From Cryomorphaceae bacterium (GTDB lineage Bacteria; Pseudomonadota; Gammaproteobacteria; Pseudomonadales; Halieaceae): a stretch of 64,000 nucleotides of DNA. This document shows, in pieces, positions 50,507-60,844 of the stretch. The position numbers and the translations under genes are program-made. The notes under the pieces are model-generated. The model ran no database searches and had not been told where the DNA came from. It worked only from the letters and a program-made list of their open reading frames with translations. The stretch covers positions 6,533 to 70,532 of the forward strand of contig JBLGAR010000007.1 in NCBI GenBank assembly GCA_047612385.1. The letters are read 5' to 3'. Position 1 is the stretch's first letter, and each line of letters starts with the position of its first letter.

Positions 50507-51574
50507 ATGCAGTATAAACAGGACATTCTGGACAATCTCAGCACAGGGATTATCACGCTTGATGGCTCGTTAACCGTCACAAGCCTGAACGCTGCTGCAC
50601 AGGTGTTGCTGGAGCTGTCTGCCTCCAGAGCAATCGGCACACACGCCGCACAGTTGATCCTAAGAGACCGAGATTGGCTCACTAGCCTGGAACAGGGGCT
50701 TGAGCGCAATAGCCCACTGACTCGCCGTGGCGTGGCAATTGTTCTGCAATCGGGTCAAGAAATACACGTAGATCTCATCGTCAACCCGATCCCCATTCAT
50801 GACGACAGCGGCATCAGGCTCATTGTGGAGTTACAAGCCGTGGACAGGTTCCTAAAGATTAGTCGGGAAGAAGGCATCATCCACGCTCAAGAAACAACGC
50901 GCACCGTCATTCGGGGGCTGGCCCACGAAATCAAGAACCCTCTGGGTGGTGTACGCGGAGCGGCGCAGCTTCTTGCTAAAGAGCTTCCCAGCGCGGAGCT
51001 AAAAGAATACACCCAGGTCATTATTCGCGAGGCAGACCGTCTCCGAGACCTTGTTGACCGGCTGCTTGGCCCAAACCACCAAATGTCTATAGAAGAACTG
51101 AATATTCACGAGATTCTGGAGCATGTGCGTAACTTGGTGGCAGCTGAATCGGGCAACAGCGCTACTATCGAGCGGGATTACGACCCGTCCATTCCCGAAA
51201 TCCAGGGCGATCGCTCTCAACTAATACAAGTTGTGCTCAATATCATGCTCAATGCACTACAGGCGGCAAAAAACCCCGAAGACTGCACTATCACCGTGCG
51301 CACCCGAACCCAGCGTCAATTCACAATCGGCGCAATACGACATCGATTGGTAAGCCGGGTGGAAATTACGGACAACGGGCCGGGCATTCCCATGGATTTG
51401 CAACACGCTATCTTCGCTCCAATGGTGACAGGCAGGTCGAATGGCACCGGCCTGGGCTTGTCTATTGCCCAATCAATTGTCAATCGACACGGTGGCCTCA
51501 TCCAATGCGAGAGCGAGCCGGGAAACACAACCTTTATCATTTACCTACCCATGGAAGTAAACAATGCGCGATAA
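50507..51574 (+). CDS. glnL: nitrogen regulation sensor histidine kinase NtrB
   Basis: 355 aa with an N-terminal PAS domain, H-box LAHEIKNPLGG, N box and G boxes (DNGPGIP, GTGLGLS). Confidence 0.92.
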   Translation: MQYKQDILDNLSTGIITLDGSLTVTSLNAAAQVLLELSASRAIGTHAAQLILRDRDWLTSLEQGLERNSPLTRRGVAIVLQSGQEIHVDLIVNPIPIHDDSGIRLIVELQAVDRFLKISREEGIIHAQETTRTVIRGLAHEIKNPLGGVRGAAQLLAKELPSAELKEYTQVIIREADRLRDLVDRLLGPNHQMSIEELNIHEILEHVRNLVAAESGNSATIERDYDPSIPEIQGDRSQLIQVVLNIMLNALQAAKNPEDCTITVRTRTQRQFTIGAIRHRLVSRVEITDNGPGIPMDLQHAIFAPMVTGRSNGTGLGLSIAQSIVNRHGGLIQCESEPGNTTFIIYLPMEVNNAR

Positions 51575-52970
51575 CACTAAGGTCTGGGTGGTTGATGACG
51601 ACAGCTCTATCCGCTGGGTGCTGGAAAAAGCCCTCTCTCAGGCTGGAATCAATAATGCCAGTTTCGAAGACGGCGAACACCTGCTGGAGCGGCTAAGACA
51701 CGAGCAACCTGATGTCATTATCAGCGATATTCGCATGCCTGGCATAGACGGGCACGAACTTTTGACAGTGATCATCGAGGCACATCCAAACCTCCCGGTC
51801 ATCATCACCACCGCACACTCAGACCTCGAAAGCGCGGTTGCCTCCTACCAAAGAGGCGCCTTTGAGTATCTCCCCAAGCCCTTCGATATTGAAGAAGTCA
51901 TTAGTATCACTGAACGCGCACTGGCACACGCTCAAGAAAAACGCGCTGAAACGCCTCCAAGGCAAGAATTGCCCCAGACCGAAATTATCGGTGAGGCACC
52001 TGCTATGCAAGAGGTTTTTCGCGCTATTGGCAGGCTCGCACACAGCAACATCACGGTTTTGATCAACGGTGAGTCCGGCACTGGCAAAGAGCTGGTCGCC
52101 CAAGCTTTGCACCGTCACAGCCCGCGATCACAGAAACCATTTATTGCACTCAACATGGCAGCTATTCCGAGAGATCTTCTGGAATCCGAATTATTCGGAC
52201 ACGAAAAGGGCGCTTTTACCGGGGCCAACACCAAACGCGAGGGCAGATTTGAGCAAGCCGACGGCGGCACACTATTTCTGGATGAGATAGGCGACATGCC
52301 CGCAGAAACACAGACTCGCCTACTGCGGGTATTGGCAGATGGGGAGTTTTATCGGGTCGGTGGCCATACTTCCATCAAGGTCGACGTGCGCATCATCGCC
52401 GCAACCCATCAGGATTTAGAGCTTCTGGTGCAACGGGGAGATTTTAGAGAGGATCTTTTTCATCGCCTCAATGTAATCCGCATCCATATACCCAAGCTCA
52501 GCGAGCGAAGAGAAGACATTCCTCGTCTCATGCAATACTTTTTCCAGGAGGCCGCCGAGGAATTGGGTGGAGAGCCCAAAGTATTGCTACCCAGCACAGA
52601 GAAATTCCTTTCAGAACTACCCTGGCCTGGTAATGTACGGCAATTGGAAAACACCTGCCGATGGATAACGGTAATGGCTTCTGGCCGGGAAGTGCATTTG
52701 GCGGATCTTCCTCCCGAGCTTGGGATACAGAGCGCACCAGGGGCAACAGATGATGAAAGCGAGTGGCGCGATCAACTGCACAAATGGGCAAGTAACGAAT
52801 TAGTGCAAGGCAAGCACGACATATTGTCCGAAGCGGTTCCTGAGTTCGAACGCGTTTTGATTGAGGTGGCATTGGCGCACTCACAGGGGCGAAAGCGAAA
52901 CGCGGCAGAATTACTCGGATGGGGCAGAAATACCCTGACCCGTAAGATGAAAGAACTGGAGATGCAGTAG
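51564..52970 (+). CDS. glnG: nitrogen regulation response regulator NtrC (sigma54 activator)
   Basis: 468 aa with a receiver domain (DDD...D), an AAA+ domain with GESGTGKE and GAFTGA, and a C-terminal Fis-type helix-turn-helix. It overlaps the ntrB stop by 11 nt. Confidence 0.94.
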   Translation: MRDNTKVWVVDDDSSIRWVLEKALSQAGINNASFEDGEHLLERLRHEQPDVIISDIRMPGIDGHELLTVIIEAHPNLPVIITTAHSDLESAVASYQRGAFEYLPKPFDIEEVISITERALAHAQEKRAETPPRQELPQTEIIGEAPAMQEVFRAIGRLAHSNITVLINGESGTGKELVAQALHRHSPRSQKPFIALNMAAIPRDLLESELFGHEKGAFTGANTKREGRFEQADGGTLFLDEIGDMPAETQTRLLRVLADGEFYRVGGHTSIKVDVRIIAATHQDLELLVQRGDFREDLFHRLNVIRIHIPKLSERREDIPRLMQYFFQEAAEELGGEPKVLLPSTEKFLSELPWPGNVRQLENTCRWITVMASGREVHLADLPPELGIQSAPGATDDESEWRDQLHKWASNELVQGKHDILSEAVPEFERVLIEVALAHSQGRKRNAAELLGWGRNTLTRKMKELEMQ

Positions 52971-52985
52971 CGGTAAACGCGTCAA

Positions 52986-53450
52986 TCAGGCGCCGCCCTC
53001 AAAGCCCTGTTGTCGCCAGGCCTCGTAGCTGACAATGGCCACGGCATTAGACAGATTCAAGCTGCGACTGTTCTCCTGCATTGGAATACGCGCACGCATC
53101 TGAGGGGGAACCGACTTGAGAACATCGGTGGGCAGACCACTTGTTTCAGAGCCAAACAGAAGCACATCATCGGGCGCATAAACGATAGCGGCGTGATCAA
53201 CCGTGCCCTTGGTGGTACAGGCAACGATACGGCGTCCGCCCATGCTTTCAAGAAATGCAGCATAATCGATATGTCGTGTAACGTTCGCCATATCGTGGTA
53301 ATCCAAACCCGCCCGACGCACATTCTTTTCCTCGAGGCTAAATCCCAAGGGCTCAATCAAATGCAGCGCACAGCCATTATTCGCAACAAGACGAATAATG
53401 TTGCCCGTATTAGGGGCAATGCGAGGTTCGAAAAGCGCAATGTGAAACAT
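52986..53450 (-). CDS. trmL: tRNA (cytidine/uridine-2'-O-)-methyltransferase TrmL (SpoU family)
   Basis: 154 aa: [21 protein letters not shown]....[18 protein letters not shown], and the [10 protein letters not shown] knot motif. Confidence 0.9.
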   Translation of the reverse strand: MFHIALFEPRIAPNTGNIIRLVANNGCALHLIEPLGFSLEEKNVRRAGLDYHDMANVTRHIDYAAFLESMGGRRIVACTTKGTVDHAAIVYAPDDVLLFGSETSGLPTDVLKSVPPQMRARIPMQENSRSLNLSNAVAIVSYEAWRQQGFEGGA

Positions 53451-53481
53451 AGGAACTCGTGTCAGGTTTACTCAGAAACAA

Positions 53482-53555
53482 GCAGCCCTGGGAGGCGTTT
53501 TACCTCAAGGATCTGCCCCTTGAACCGCCTGAGGTAAAACGCTTCCCAGGGCTGC
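53482..53555 (-). repeat. long imperfect inverted repeat (about 27-bp stem, 17-nt loop) between secB and trmL; possible terminator or attenuator
   Basis: The arms are gcagccctgggaggcgttttacctcaagg (53482-53510) and cctgaggtaaaacgcttcccagggctgc (53528-53555). They are complementary except for one G-U position and one bulged A. On the minus strand the hairpin is followed by ttgtttct. Confidence 0.6.
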
Positions 53556-53582
53556 GATCTAAAACGTTACTAGCTAAGAAAA

Positions 53583-54095
53583 CTAGTGAGTAGCCGTCTC
53601 TGCCCCACCCTCAGCCGCCTGAGACTGCGCCTGAGCCAAAGCCTGCTGATAAAGCGCATCAAAGTTCACCGGCGCCAACATAACAGGAGGAAAGCCACCT
53701 TTCACACAAACCGAATCGATGTTCTCGCGTGCATAAGGGAACAAAATATTGGGCGCTGCTGTACCCAGAATACGGCGCAAATCCTCACCTTCAAAACCGG
53801 TGATAAAAAAGATTCCGGCCTGCTGCACTTCAACAAGGAAAGCCGTTTCCTCGTCAACTTTGGAAGTAATAGTGACCGTTAGAACGACTTCGTAGTTGCC
53901 CTGGTCATCAATCAGGTCGCTCTTGGTGTTGAGCTCAACATTCACTTTAGGCTGCCACTGCTTCTTGAAAATATTAGGGCTGGAAGGCGACTCAAAGGAC
54001 AAGTCCTTCGCAAAAATGCGCTGCATTACAAATTGCTGCGGCGGCTTTTCATCGGTTTTAACTTCTTCGCCTGCTTGTACTTCTTCGTCTGCCAT
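53583..54095 (-). CDS. secB: protein-export chaperone SecB
   Basis: 170 aa. F.MQRIFAKDLSFESP..P, NILFPYARE.I and an acidic C-terminus are typical of SecB. Confidence 0.93.
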   Translation of the reverse strand: MADEEVQAGEEVKTDEKPPQQFVMQRIFAKDLSFESPSSPNIFKKQWQPKVNVELNTKSDLIDDQGNYEVVLTVTITSKVDEETAFLVEVQQAGIFFITGFEGEDLRRILGTAAPNILFPYARENIDSVCVKGGFPPVMLAPVNFDALYQQALAQAQSQAAEGGAETATH

Positions 54096-54160
54096 ATTCG
54101 TATTCTCCGTAAACTAGTGAGTATTTATTCGTTATTGTTTGATAGAACTCAAGCTGCGGC

Positions 54161-54421
54161 TTAGCTCGCTTGCAGCATGGTGTCGAGCTGTCCCTGGCGG
54201 TTGAGCAGGTTCAAATCGTCAAAACCACCTATATGTGTATCCCCAATCCATATCTGTGGAACAGTATTGCGACCGCTGGCCTCAACCATTTGCTGTCGCA
54301 GTTCGTTGCGGCCGTCTACGGCGATATCCTCATAGGCGACATTCTTGTCATCGAGCAGGCTCTTCGCAGCCGTACAATAAGGGCAGAAACGAGTGCTGTA
54401 CATTTTGACCTGATTTGACAT
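54161..54421 (-). CDS. grxC: glutaredoxin 3
   Basis: 86 aa with the CPYC active site, TVPQIWI and GG.DDL motifs. Confidence 0.92.
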   Translation of the reverse strand: MSNQVKMYSTRFCPYCTAAKSLLDDKNVAYEDIAVDGRNELRQQMVEASGRNTVPQIWIGDTHIGGFDDLNLLNRQGQLDTMLQAS

Positions 54422-54430
54422 GTTTATAGG

Positions 54431-54844
54431 CTACTTAACAGTTGGGAGTTGAAGATTGCCCCATTCCATCATGCCGCCACTCATCTTATAAACTCGCTCA
54501 AAACCATTGGCACGGAGCTGTTTACCGGCGGCACCGGATTGCTGACCCATCTTACACACTAAAATAATGGGGCTGCTTTTGTGCTTTTCAAGCTCGCCGA
54601 TACGCGCCTCTACTTTGGTAGCGGGAATATTAAGCGCTTCTACAATATGGCCACCCTTATAAGCACTAGCATCTCGCAGGTCGAGGAATACGCCTTTTTC
54701 AGAATTGACGAGATTAATTGCCTGCTGAGGAGACACAGACGGACCCGATTTACGGGACTCGTGAAATATGAGCATGATCACCACAGCGACAAGCGCCGCT
54801 ACAAGCGTCCATTGCTGGCCGACAAATTCTAGAAACAATTCCAT
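54431..54844 (-). CDS. membrane-anchored rhodanese-like domain protein (YibN-like)
   Basis: 137 aa with an N-terminal TM helix. The rhodanese fold has an active-site loop CKMGQQS. It sits in the rhodanese-grxC-secB order as in E. coli and Pseudomonas. Confidence 0.85.
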   Translation of the reverse strand: MELFLEFVGQQWTLVAALVAVVIMLIFHESRKSGPSVSPQQAINLVNSEKGVFLDLRDASAYKGGHIVEALNIPATKVEARIGELEKHKSSPIILVCKMGQQSGAAGKQLRANGFERVYKMSGGMMEWGNLQLPTVK

Positions 54845-55055
54845 GGTAGGGTTCTGTCTATACCTTTTTCGAGGTTTGCTGGGCAGCTAGCATCACGAAA
54901 ACGTTCTGATCGTGATTTTTAAGGCTTGGGGCTGCTCAAAAAGGCGGCAATTATACTGCGCTGACTCAGATCAAGTCTATGTTATAAACCCCCAGACGAG
55001 GTAAAATGCTGCGGTCGAATACCGTCTGATCAATCACCGCAATTCTGGAACAGCT

Positions 55056-56612
55056 ATGAGTCAATCCGGGAAATCACCCACAGCCCTCATCATCCTGGAC
55101 GGTTGGGGCCACCGCGAGGAAACCAAGGATAACGCTATTGCCCATGGAGCTACCCCAAACTGGGACAGGCTTTGGGAGCAAGCTCCCCATACACTTGTTT
55201 GCGCCTCTGGAATGGAGGTTGGTTTGCCGCCCGGACAAATGGGCAATTCCGAAGTAGGCCATATGAGCCTGGGGGCTGGTCGCGTGGTTTATCAGAACAT
55301 CAGCAAAATCGACAAGGCCATCGACGATGGGACCTTTGATAGTAACAAAGCCTATGTCGATGCGATCGACAAGGCTAACGCCAACAGTGGGGCCGTTCAC
55401 ATATTGGGTTTGCTGTCCGCCGGAGGCGTTCACAGCCATGAAGACCAGATACTCGCCGCTATAAGACTGGCAGCCCTGCGCGGCTCCAAGAAAATCTATA
55501 TGCACGCATTCCTAGATGGCCGGGACACTCCACCGCGCAGTGCGGCCGGTTCACTACAAAAAGTGGAAGACCTGTTAAAGGAATTGGATTGCGGTGCTAT
55601 TGCCAGCATTGTCGGCCGTTACTACGCCATGGACAGGGACAACCGCTGGGACAGAGTCGAATACGCATACGAAATGCTAACGCAAGCGAAGGCGTCGTAC
55701 ACCGCATCCTCTGCACAAGCGGCCTTGAAAGCGGCTTACGAGCGCCATGAAAATGATGAGTTTGTTAAATCGACGGTCATCTGCGGCTCACAAAACCAGG
55801 CAGTGGCAATACATGACGGCGACTCAGTGCTGTTTATGAATTTCAGATCGGATCGCGCTCGCCAACTGACGCGAGCGTTTGTTGATAAAAACTTTGATCA
55901 ATTTGAACGCAAAGTGGTGCCACAACTGGCAAATTTTGTAATGACCACCGAGTACTCCGCTGACATCGACACCACAATCGCCTTCCCTTCCGAATCACTG
56001 GACAATGTTCTGGGAGACTACCTGGCCAAACAGGGCAAAACTCAACTTCGTATTGCGGAGACGGAGAAGTACGCCCACGTTACCTTTTTCTTCAGCGGAG
56101 GACGGGAAGCTCTATTTCCAGGTGAAGAGCGCATCATGGTCCCCTCCCCGGATGTCGCTACCTATGATTTACAGCCCGAGATGAACGCGCCAGAACTGAC
56201 CGACAAATTGGTGGCCGCCATCCACTCCGGAAAATACGATCTAATTGTTTGCAACTATGCCAACGGGGATATGGTTGGCCACACAGGCATATTTGATGCT
56301 GCCGTGGCGGCAGTTGAAGCTTTGGATAAATGCATCGGCAGAGTAGAAGCTGCACTGCTGGAAGTCGGCGGGCAAGCGTTGATAACGGCGGATCATGGCA
56401 ATTGCGAACAAATGGTAGATTACGAATCGGGCCAGCTGCACACTCAGCACACGACCGAGCTGGTGCCACTGGTCTATGTGGGCAACCGCAAGCTCACACT
56501 AGCGCCTTCAGGGGGCAAACTGGCCGATATAGCGCCCACGCTGCTCTCGTTGATGGCCTTGGAACAACCTGGCGAAATGTCCGGAGTGAATCTTGCGGAG
56601 ACCTCGCGCTGA
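55056..56612 (+). CDS. gpmI: 2,3-bisphosphoglycerate-independent phosphoglycerate mutase
   Basis: 518 aa with [37 protein letters not shown] and TADHGN. Confidence 0.95.
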   Translation: MSQSGKSPTALIILDGWGHREETKDNAIAHGATPNWDRLWEQAPHTLVCASGMEVGLPPGQMGNSEVGHMSLGAGRVVYQNISKIDKAIDDGTFDSNKAYVDAIDKANANSGAVHILGLLSAGGVHSHEDQILAAIRLAALRGSKKIYMHAFLDGRDTPPRSAAGSLQKVEDLLKELDCGAIASIVGRYYAMDRDNRWDRVEYAYEMLTQAKASYTASSAQAALKAAYERHENDEFVKSTVICGSQNQAVAIHDGDSVLFMNFRSDRARQLTRAFVDKNFDQFERKVVPQLANFVMTTEYSADIDTTIAFPSESLDNVLGDYLAKQGKTQLRIAETEKYAHVTFFFSGGREALFPGEERIMVPSPDVATYDLQPEMNAPELTDKLVAAIHSGKYDLIVCNYANGDMVGHTGIFDAAVAAVEALDKCIGRVEAALLEVGGQALITADHGNCEQMVDYESGQLHTQHTTELVPLVYVGNRKLTLAPSGGKLADIAPTLLSLMALEQPGEMSGVNLAETSR

Positions 56613-57778
56613 GCTCGAGCAAAATCAAAACTACATCGCCTTGGTATTTAGTACTTGTAAGTTGTTTACTATGGCTGCCGGTCAGTGGCCTCGCGCAATC
56701 TGATGAAGAGAAAACCAGAGCGCAACTGAAACAACTGCAGGCCAGCATAGCCCGCATCAGCGAAGAGCTTTCCAGCGAGAAAGCAGAGAAAGATTCGCTA
56801 CGCAAACAGCTGCGCGACATAGAGATAAGCCTGGGCAAACTACAGCAAAACATCGAGCAGAATCAGCAAGCGCTAAAGAAAGCCAGGACCGATCTGGCTG
56901 AGCTCGAAAAGAAACGCGATGCGCTGACAATGGCCCGGGACAAGCAGCAAGAATCTATAGCCAAGGAATTGAAAAGTGCCTACCAGATGGGCCGCCAGGG
57001 CTCTGTGAAAGTACTGCTAAATCAGCAAGACCCGGATACAGTCGCCAGAATGATGGCCTACCACCGCTATATTCTTGAAGCTCGCAGTGAAGCCATCACC
57101 GCTTATCGAAAAACCTTAGAGGAGATTGCGGCCATTGAGCCGAAGATTTCTTCGTTAACACAGCAACTGACAGGCACCGCCAGAACCCTTGCCAAGCAAT
57201 CGGAAAAACTGAACATAGCGCAAAGAAGGCGTGCCGGTGCCTTGGCAGATCTAGCCAAGAGCATCCAGAGCAAAGGCGGCAGGTTAAAGCAATTAGACGT
57301 TGACCGCACAGAACTTGAGAACTTGCTCAATGCCATCGAGGAAACCGTTGTCAATCTGGAAGTCCCCGACAACTACAAAGCCTTTAGCGCCGCCAAGGGA
57401 AAGATGCCCTGGCCCGTCTCCGGTAAAGAACCCAGTAACCGCTATGGAAAGTATCGCATTGAAGGAAAGATGCGCTGGCAGGGTGTCTCCATTCCAGCCA
57501 GGCAGGGAACTTCTGTAACCTCCATTCATCACGGCCGGGTAGTTTTTGCAGACTGGCTGCGCGGCTCCGGCCTGTTGCTTATCATCGATCACGGCGATGG
57601 GTATATGAGTTTGTATGCCCACAACCAGACCCTGCTTAAAGACGTCGGTGAATGGGTTACCGCAGGGACTCCCGTCAGCACGGTAGGCAGCAGCGGCGGG
57701 CAGGACAGCGCTGCGCTATATTTTGAAATTCGCCACAATGGCAAACCCACTAATCCCGGAAGCTGGTGTCGCACGTAA
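56609..57778 (+). CDS. envC: murein hydrolase activator EnvC-like protein (coiled coil plus degenerate or active M23/LytM domain)
   Basis: Signal-peptide-like [27 protein letters not shown] is followed by a long coiled coil and a C-terminal LytM domain ([19 protein letters not shown]). The 5' end is uncertain. The only upstream ATG (56330) lies 280 nt inside gpmI. CTG 56609 with a GGAG Shine-Dalgarno 8 nt upstream is my best guess. Confidence 0.8.
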   Translation: MSSSKIKTTSPWYLVLVSCLLWLPVSGLAQSDEEKTRAQLKQLQASIARISEELSSEKAEKDSLRKQLRDIEISLGKLQQNIEQNQQALKKARTDLAELEKKRDALTMARDKQQESIAKELKSAYQMGRQGSVKVLLNQQDPDTVARMMAYHRYILEARSEAITAYRKTLEEIAAIEPKISSLTQQLTGTARTLAKQSEKLNIAQRRRAGALADLAKSIQSKGGRLKQLDVDRTELENLLNAIEETVVNLEVPDNYKAFSAAKGKMPWPVSGKEPSNRYGKYRIEGKMRWQGVSIPARQGTSVTSIHHGRVVFADWLRGSGLLLIIDHGDGYMSLYAHNQTLLKDVGEWVTAGTPVSTVGSSGGQDSAALYFEIRHNGKPTNPGSWCRT

Positions 57779-57873
57779 CCGGCGGTATTGCGGTAATGCC
57801 GGCGTCAAATTTATGAGCCGAATAGGTTACACTTCATCAACGACTTTAAAGGCGGGCTGCGATAGCCCCGGCA

Positions 57874-59226
57874 ATGACTATGAACGGTTTTACTTCCATC
57901 AAGACACTCCTGACAAGCAGTGTTGTTGCACTCCTGATGATCTCGCCGGCCCACTCAGCCGAAGAAGAGCCGAGCAGGCTGCCGCTAGACGAATTGCGCA
58001 CTTTTGCCGACGTCTTCAATCAGATTCGCACACGCTATGTAGAAGAAGTAGATGACAGCACTTTGCTGGAGTATGCGGTGAAAGGAATGTTGATGGGCCT
58101 GGACCCTCACTCAGCCTACCTGACCCAGGATGCCTTCGATCAGTTGAAGAATGTCACCTCCGGGGAATTCAGTGGCCTGGGCCTGGAAGTCGGGATGGAA
58201 GATGGCTATGTGAAGGTGATTTCGCCGATAGATGGCAGCCCCGCCGCAGAAGCGGGACTCATGAGCGGTGATGTCATCCTTAAGTTAGACCAGAGCCCAC
58301 TGCAAGGTGTCAGCTTAAACGACGCGATTATCAAGATGCGCGGCGAAAAGGGCACCACCATAGAATTGCTGATCGGCAGGCCCGGAACCGGCCAGCCCTT
58401 TGAAGTCATTATTACCCGGGACACCATAAAGGTGGCCAGTGTTCGCCAACGCGTACTCGAAGAGGGCTATGGCTACCTCAGGGTCTCTCAGTTTCAGAAG
58501 CGAACCGGACAGGATGTGGCAGAGTCACTGGAGAAGTTGACGAGAGAGAATCAGCTAAAAGGCCTGGTACTCGACCTCAGAAACAATCCTGGTGGCGTAC
58601 TACAAGCCAGTGTTGATGTGTCAGATTTATTTTTGGACGGAGGGACCGTTGTCTACACTGAGGGTCGTGCGGAGGATTCCAAAGTGCATCACAATGCAAA
58701 GCCTGGAGATGCCAGCGAGGGAATTCCGATTATTGTACTGATCAACGGCGGCTCGGCGAGCGCATCCGAGATTGTCGCAGGAGCGCTGCAAGATCACCGC
58801 CGCGCAGTGATTATGGGCACTAAGAGTTTTGGCAAAGGCTCGGTACAAACCATTATGCCTATGACGGAATCCCGTGCGATCAAACTCACCACCGCCCGCT
58901 ACTTCACCCCCAAAGGCCGTTCCATTCAAGCACTGGGAATTGTTCCAGACATCCTGGTCGAGCGCGCCGAAGTGAAGACACTCGGATCGGGAAAGCGCGT
59001 CAAAGAAGCCGATTTGTCACGGCACCTGGATAATAAAGAAGAAAAAGCGGATCACGACCAAGCAGTGCTTTCCAGAAAAGCGGCAAATGAGTTAATCTCT
59101 ACCGACAATCAGTTGTACGAAGCTCTGACACTGTTAAAGGGCCTGAACATCTTAGGGTTTCACAAACAGAAACTCGACACCGAGACACTATCTGGGGCGG
59201 CGAACACAAAAAATGGTGAATCCTGA
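57874..59226 (+). CDS. ctpA: carboxy-terminal processing protease (S41 family)
   Basis: 450 aa with a signal peptide, a PDZ domain (GLGLEV...GSPAAEAGL..GD), and a catalytic region (GGSASASEIVAGALQD...TFGKGSVQ). Confidence 0.9.
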   Translation: MTMNGFTSIKTLLTSSVVALLMISPAHSAEEEPSRLPLDELRTFADVFNQIRTRYVEEVDDSTLLEYAVKGMLMGLDPHSAYLTQDAFDQLKNVTSGEFSGLGLEVGMEDGYVKVISPIDGSPAAEAGLMSGDVILKLDQSPLQGVSLNDAIIKMRGEKGTTIELLIGRPGTGQPFEVIITRDTIKVASVRQRVLEEGYGYLRVSQFQKRTGQDVAESLEKLTRENQLKGLVLDLRNNPGGVLQASVDVSDLFLDGGTVVYTEGRAEDSKVHHNAKPGDASEGIPIIVLINGGSASASEIVAGALQDHRRAVIMGTKSFGKGSVQTIMPMTESRAIKLTTARYFTPKGRSIQALGIVPDILVERAEVKTLGSGKRVKEADLSRHLDNKEEKADHDQAVLSRKAANELISTDNQLYEALTLLKGLNILGFHKQKLDTETLSGAANTKNGES

Positions 59227-60106
59227 ATTCGGCGGGCGTAGGAATTCTTCAATAGGCCGATTGGCCACCCTGGTAGGCGCTGCATTTCTTAGCGCAGGAT
59301 TAGTGACCCAAGCAGAAACCTCAAGGCCAGATGCGCATAAACATCTGTACGAGCGCTCCGCTGAAAAAGAAATCGTGCCCTTGGCCTCCCCTTTGCCCCT
59401 TGAGAAAACCCTCGTCATTATTATCGATGATATTGGCCATCATCTGGCACCAGGCCAAGCGGCCATCGATCTGCCCGGCAAGCTTAATATCGCGATATTG
59501 CCCTACACCCCCCACGCAAAAATTCTTGCGGAACGAGCACATAATTCAGGCAAAGAAATACTACTGCATTCACCCATGAGCACGATTGGCAGCATTCCCC
59601 TGGGCCGGGGCGGGCTTACCACGGACCTGAGCGAAGAAGAGTTTCGCAACACACTGGTCAAAAGTTTAGAACAAATACCCCACGTGCGCGGTATCAACAA
59701 TCATATGGGCAGCGACTTAACCCAGCGGCGACTACAGATGGGCTGGGTGATGGAAGAACTGCAGGAAAGAGATTTGTATTTCGTGGACTCTCGCACCAGC
59801 CATGAAACGGTTGCAGCGAACACTGCCGAAGACTATGGCGTGCCCAACTTATCGCGGCAGGTGTTTCTAGACAACGAGCGCAATAGCGCCGCGATAGCAG
59901 ACAAGATTCGTGAGCTGTTACATTTGGTTGACACTAAAGGCACCGCAGTAGCCATCGGTCACCCTTATCCAGAAACGATTCGCCAATTGAGAGAAATGCT
60001 GCCTTTGCTGAAAGCTAAAGGTATTAAACTGGCTTACGTGTCTGAGTTGTTTCAGCCCAACACCAGTAACTACAGTCTGACTTCGATTCCAGAGTCAGAC
60101 ATATAG
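59213..60106 (+). CDS. divergent polysaccharide deacetylase family protein (YibQ-like)
   Basis: 297 aa with a signal or anchor sequence. IIDDIG and [15 protein letters not shown] motifs are present, plus NHMGS. It follows ctpA as in Pseudomonas and overlaps the ctpA end by 14 nt. Confidence 0.82.
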   Translation: MVNPEFGGRRNSSIGRLATLVGAAFLSAGLVTQAETSRPDAHKHLYERSAEKEIVPLASPLPLEKTLVIIIDDIGHHLAPGQAAIDLPGKLNIAILPYTPHAKILAERAHNSGKEILLHSPMSTIGSIPLGRGGLTTDLSEEEFRNTLVKSLEQIPHVRGINNHMGSDLTQRRLQMGWVMEELQERDLYFVDSRTSHETVAANTAEDYGVPNLSRQVFLDNERNSAAIADKIRELLHLVDTKGTAVAIGHPYPETIRQLREMLPLLKAKGIKLAYVSELFQPNTSNYSLTSIPESDI

Positions 60107-60843
60107 GCCTTAGCCTGGGGAACAGTGAACTCCCCGAAGTGAAAAATACTCGCCGCTAACACCGCATCCGCACCGCCAATTTTAATGCCCTCTACGAGAT
60201 GATCCAAATTACCCACACCGCCAGAGGCGATCACAGGGATATTGACCGCATCAGTAACAGCGCGGGTAACGCCTAATTCGAAACCGTTTTTGGTGCCGTC
60301 GCGATCCATACTGGTGAGCAAAATTTCTCCAGCGCCTAACTCGGCCATTTTAACCGCCCAAGCCACGGCGTCAATCCCAGTGGGTTTGCGACCGCCGTGA
60401 GTGAAAATCTCCCAGCGGGGCTTGCCGTCCACGTCTTGAACTCGCTTGGCATCAATAGCAACCACGATACACTGGGAGCCAAAGCGCAATGCAGATTCGC
60501 GCACCAGTTCTGGGTTGTGAATCGCCGCAGTGTTAATACTGACTTTATCGGCACCGGCATTGAGCATCGTACGAATATCTTCGACAGCGCGAATACCCCC
60601 GCCTACAGTCAGTGGAATAAACACTTCCGAGGCAATTTTCTCAACCGTGTGCACCGTGGTATCACGACCTTCGTGACTGGCAGTGATATCCAAAAACGTA
60701 ATTTCATCAGCGCCCTGTTCGTTGTAACGCTTGGCGATTTCCACTGGGTCTCCAGCATCGCGGATATCTACAAAGTTAACGCCCTTAACAACGCGGCCGT
60801 TTTCCACATCGAGACAAGGAATAATGCGTTTGGCAAGACCCAT
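60070..60843 (-). CDS. hisF: imidazole glycerol phosphate synthase cyclase subunit HisF
   Basis: 257 aa: [28 protein letters not shown]-like GGVG. Confidence 0.95.
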   Translation of the reverse strand: MGLAKRIIPCLDVENGRVVKGVNFVDIRDAGDPVEIAKRYNEQGADEITFLDITASHEGRDTTVHTVEKIASEVFIPLTVGGGIRAVEDIRTMLNAGADKVSINTAAIHNPELVRESALRFGSQCIVVAIDAKRVQDVDGKPRWEIFTHGGRKPTGIDAVAWAVKMAELGAGEILLTSMDRDGTKNGFELGVTRAVTDAVNIPVIASGGVGNLDHLVEGIKIGGADAVLAASIFHFGEFTVPQAKAYMSDSGIEVRL

Positions 60844-60844
60844 G

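Noticed and set aside
56330-56608. ATG 56330 as the start of the envC-like gene
   Set aside because: It would place 93 codons inside gpmI in another frame and give an Arg/Gly/Ala-rich peptide before the obvious signal peptide. I treat this as read-through of an open frame, not coding sequence (see the finding on the CTG start).
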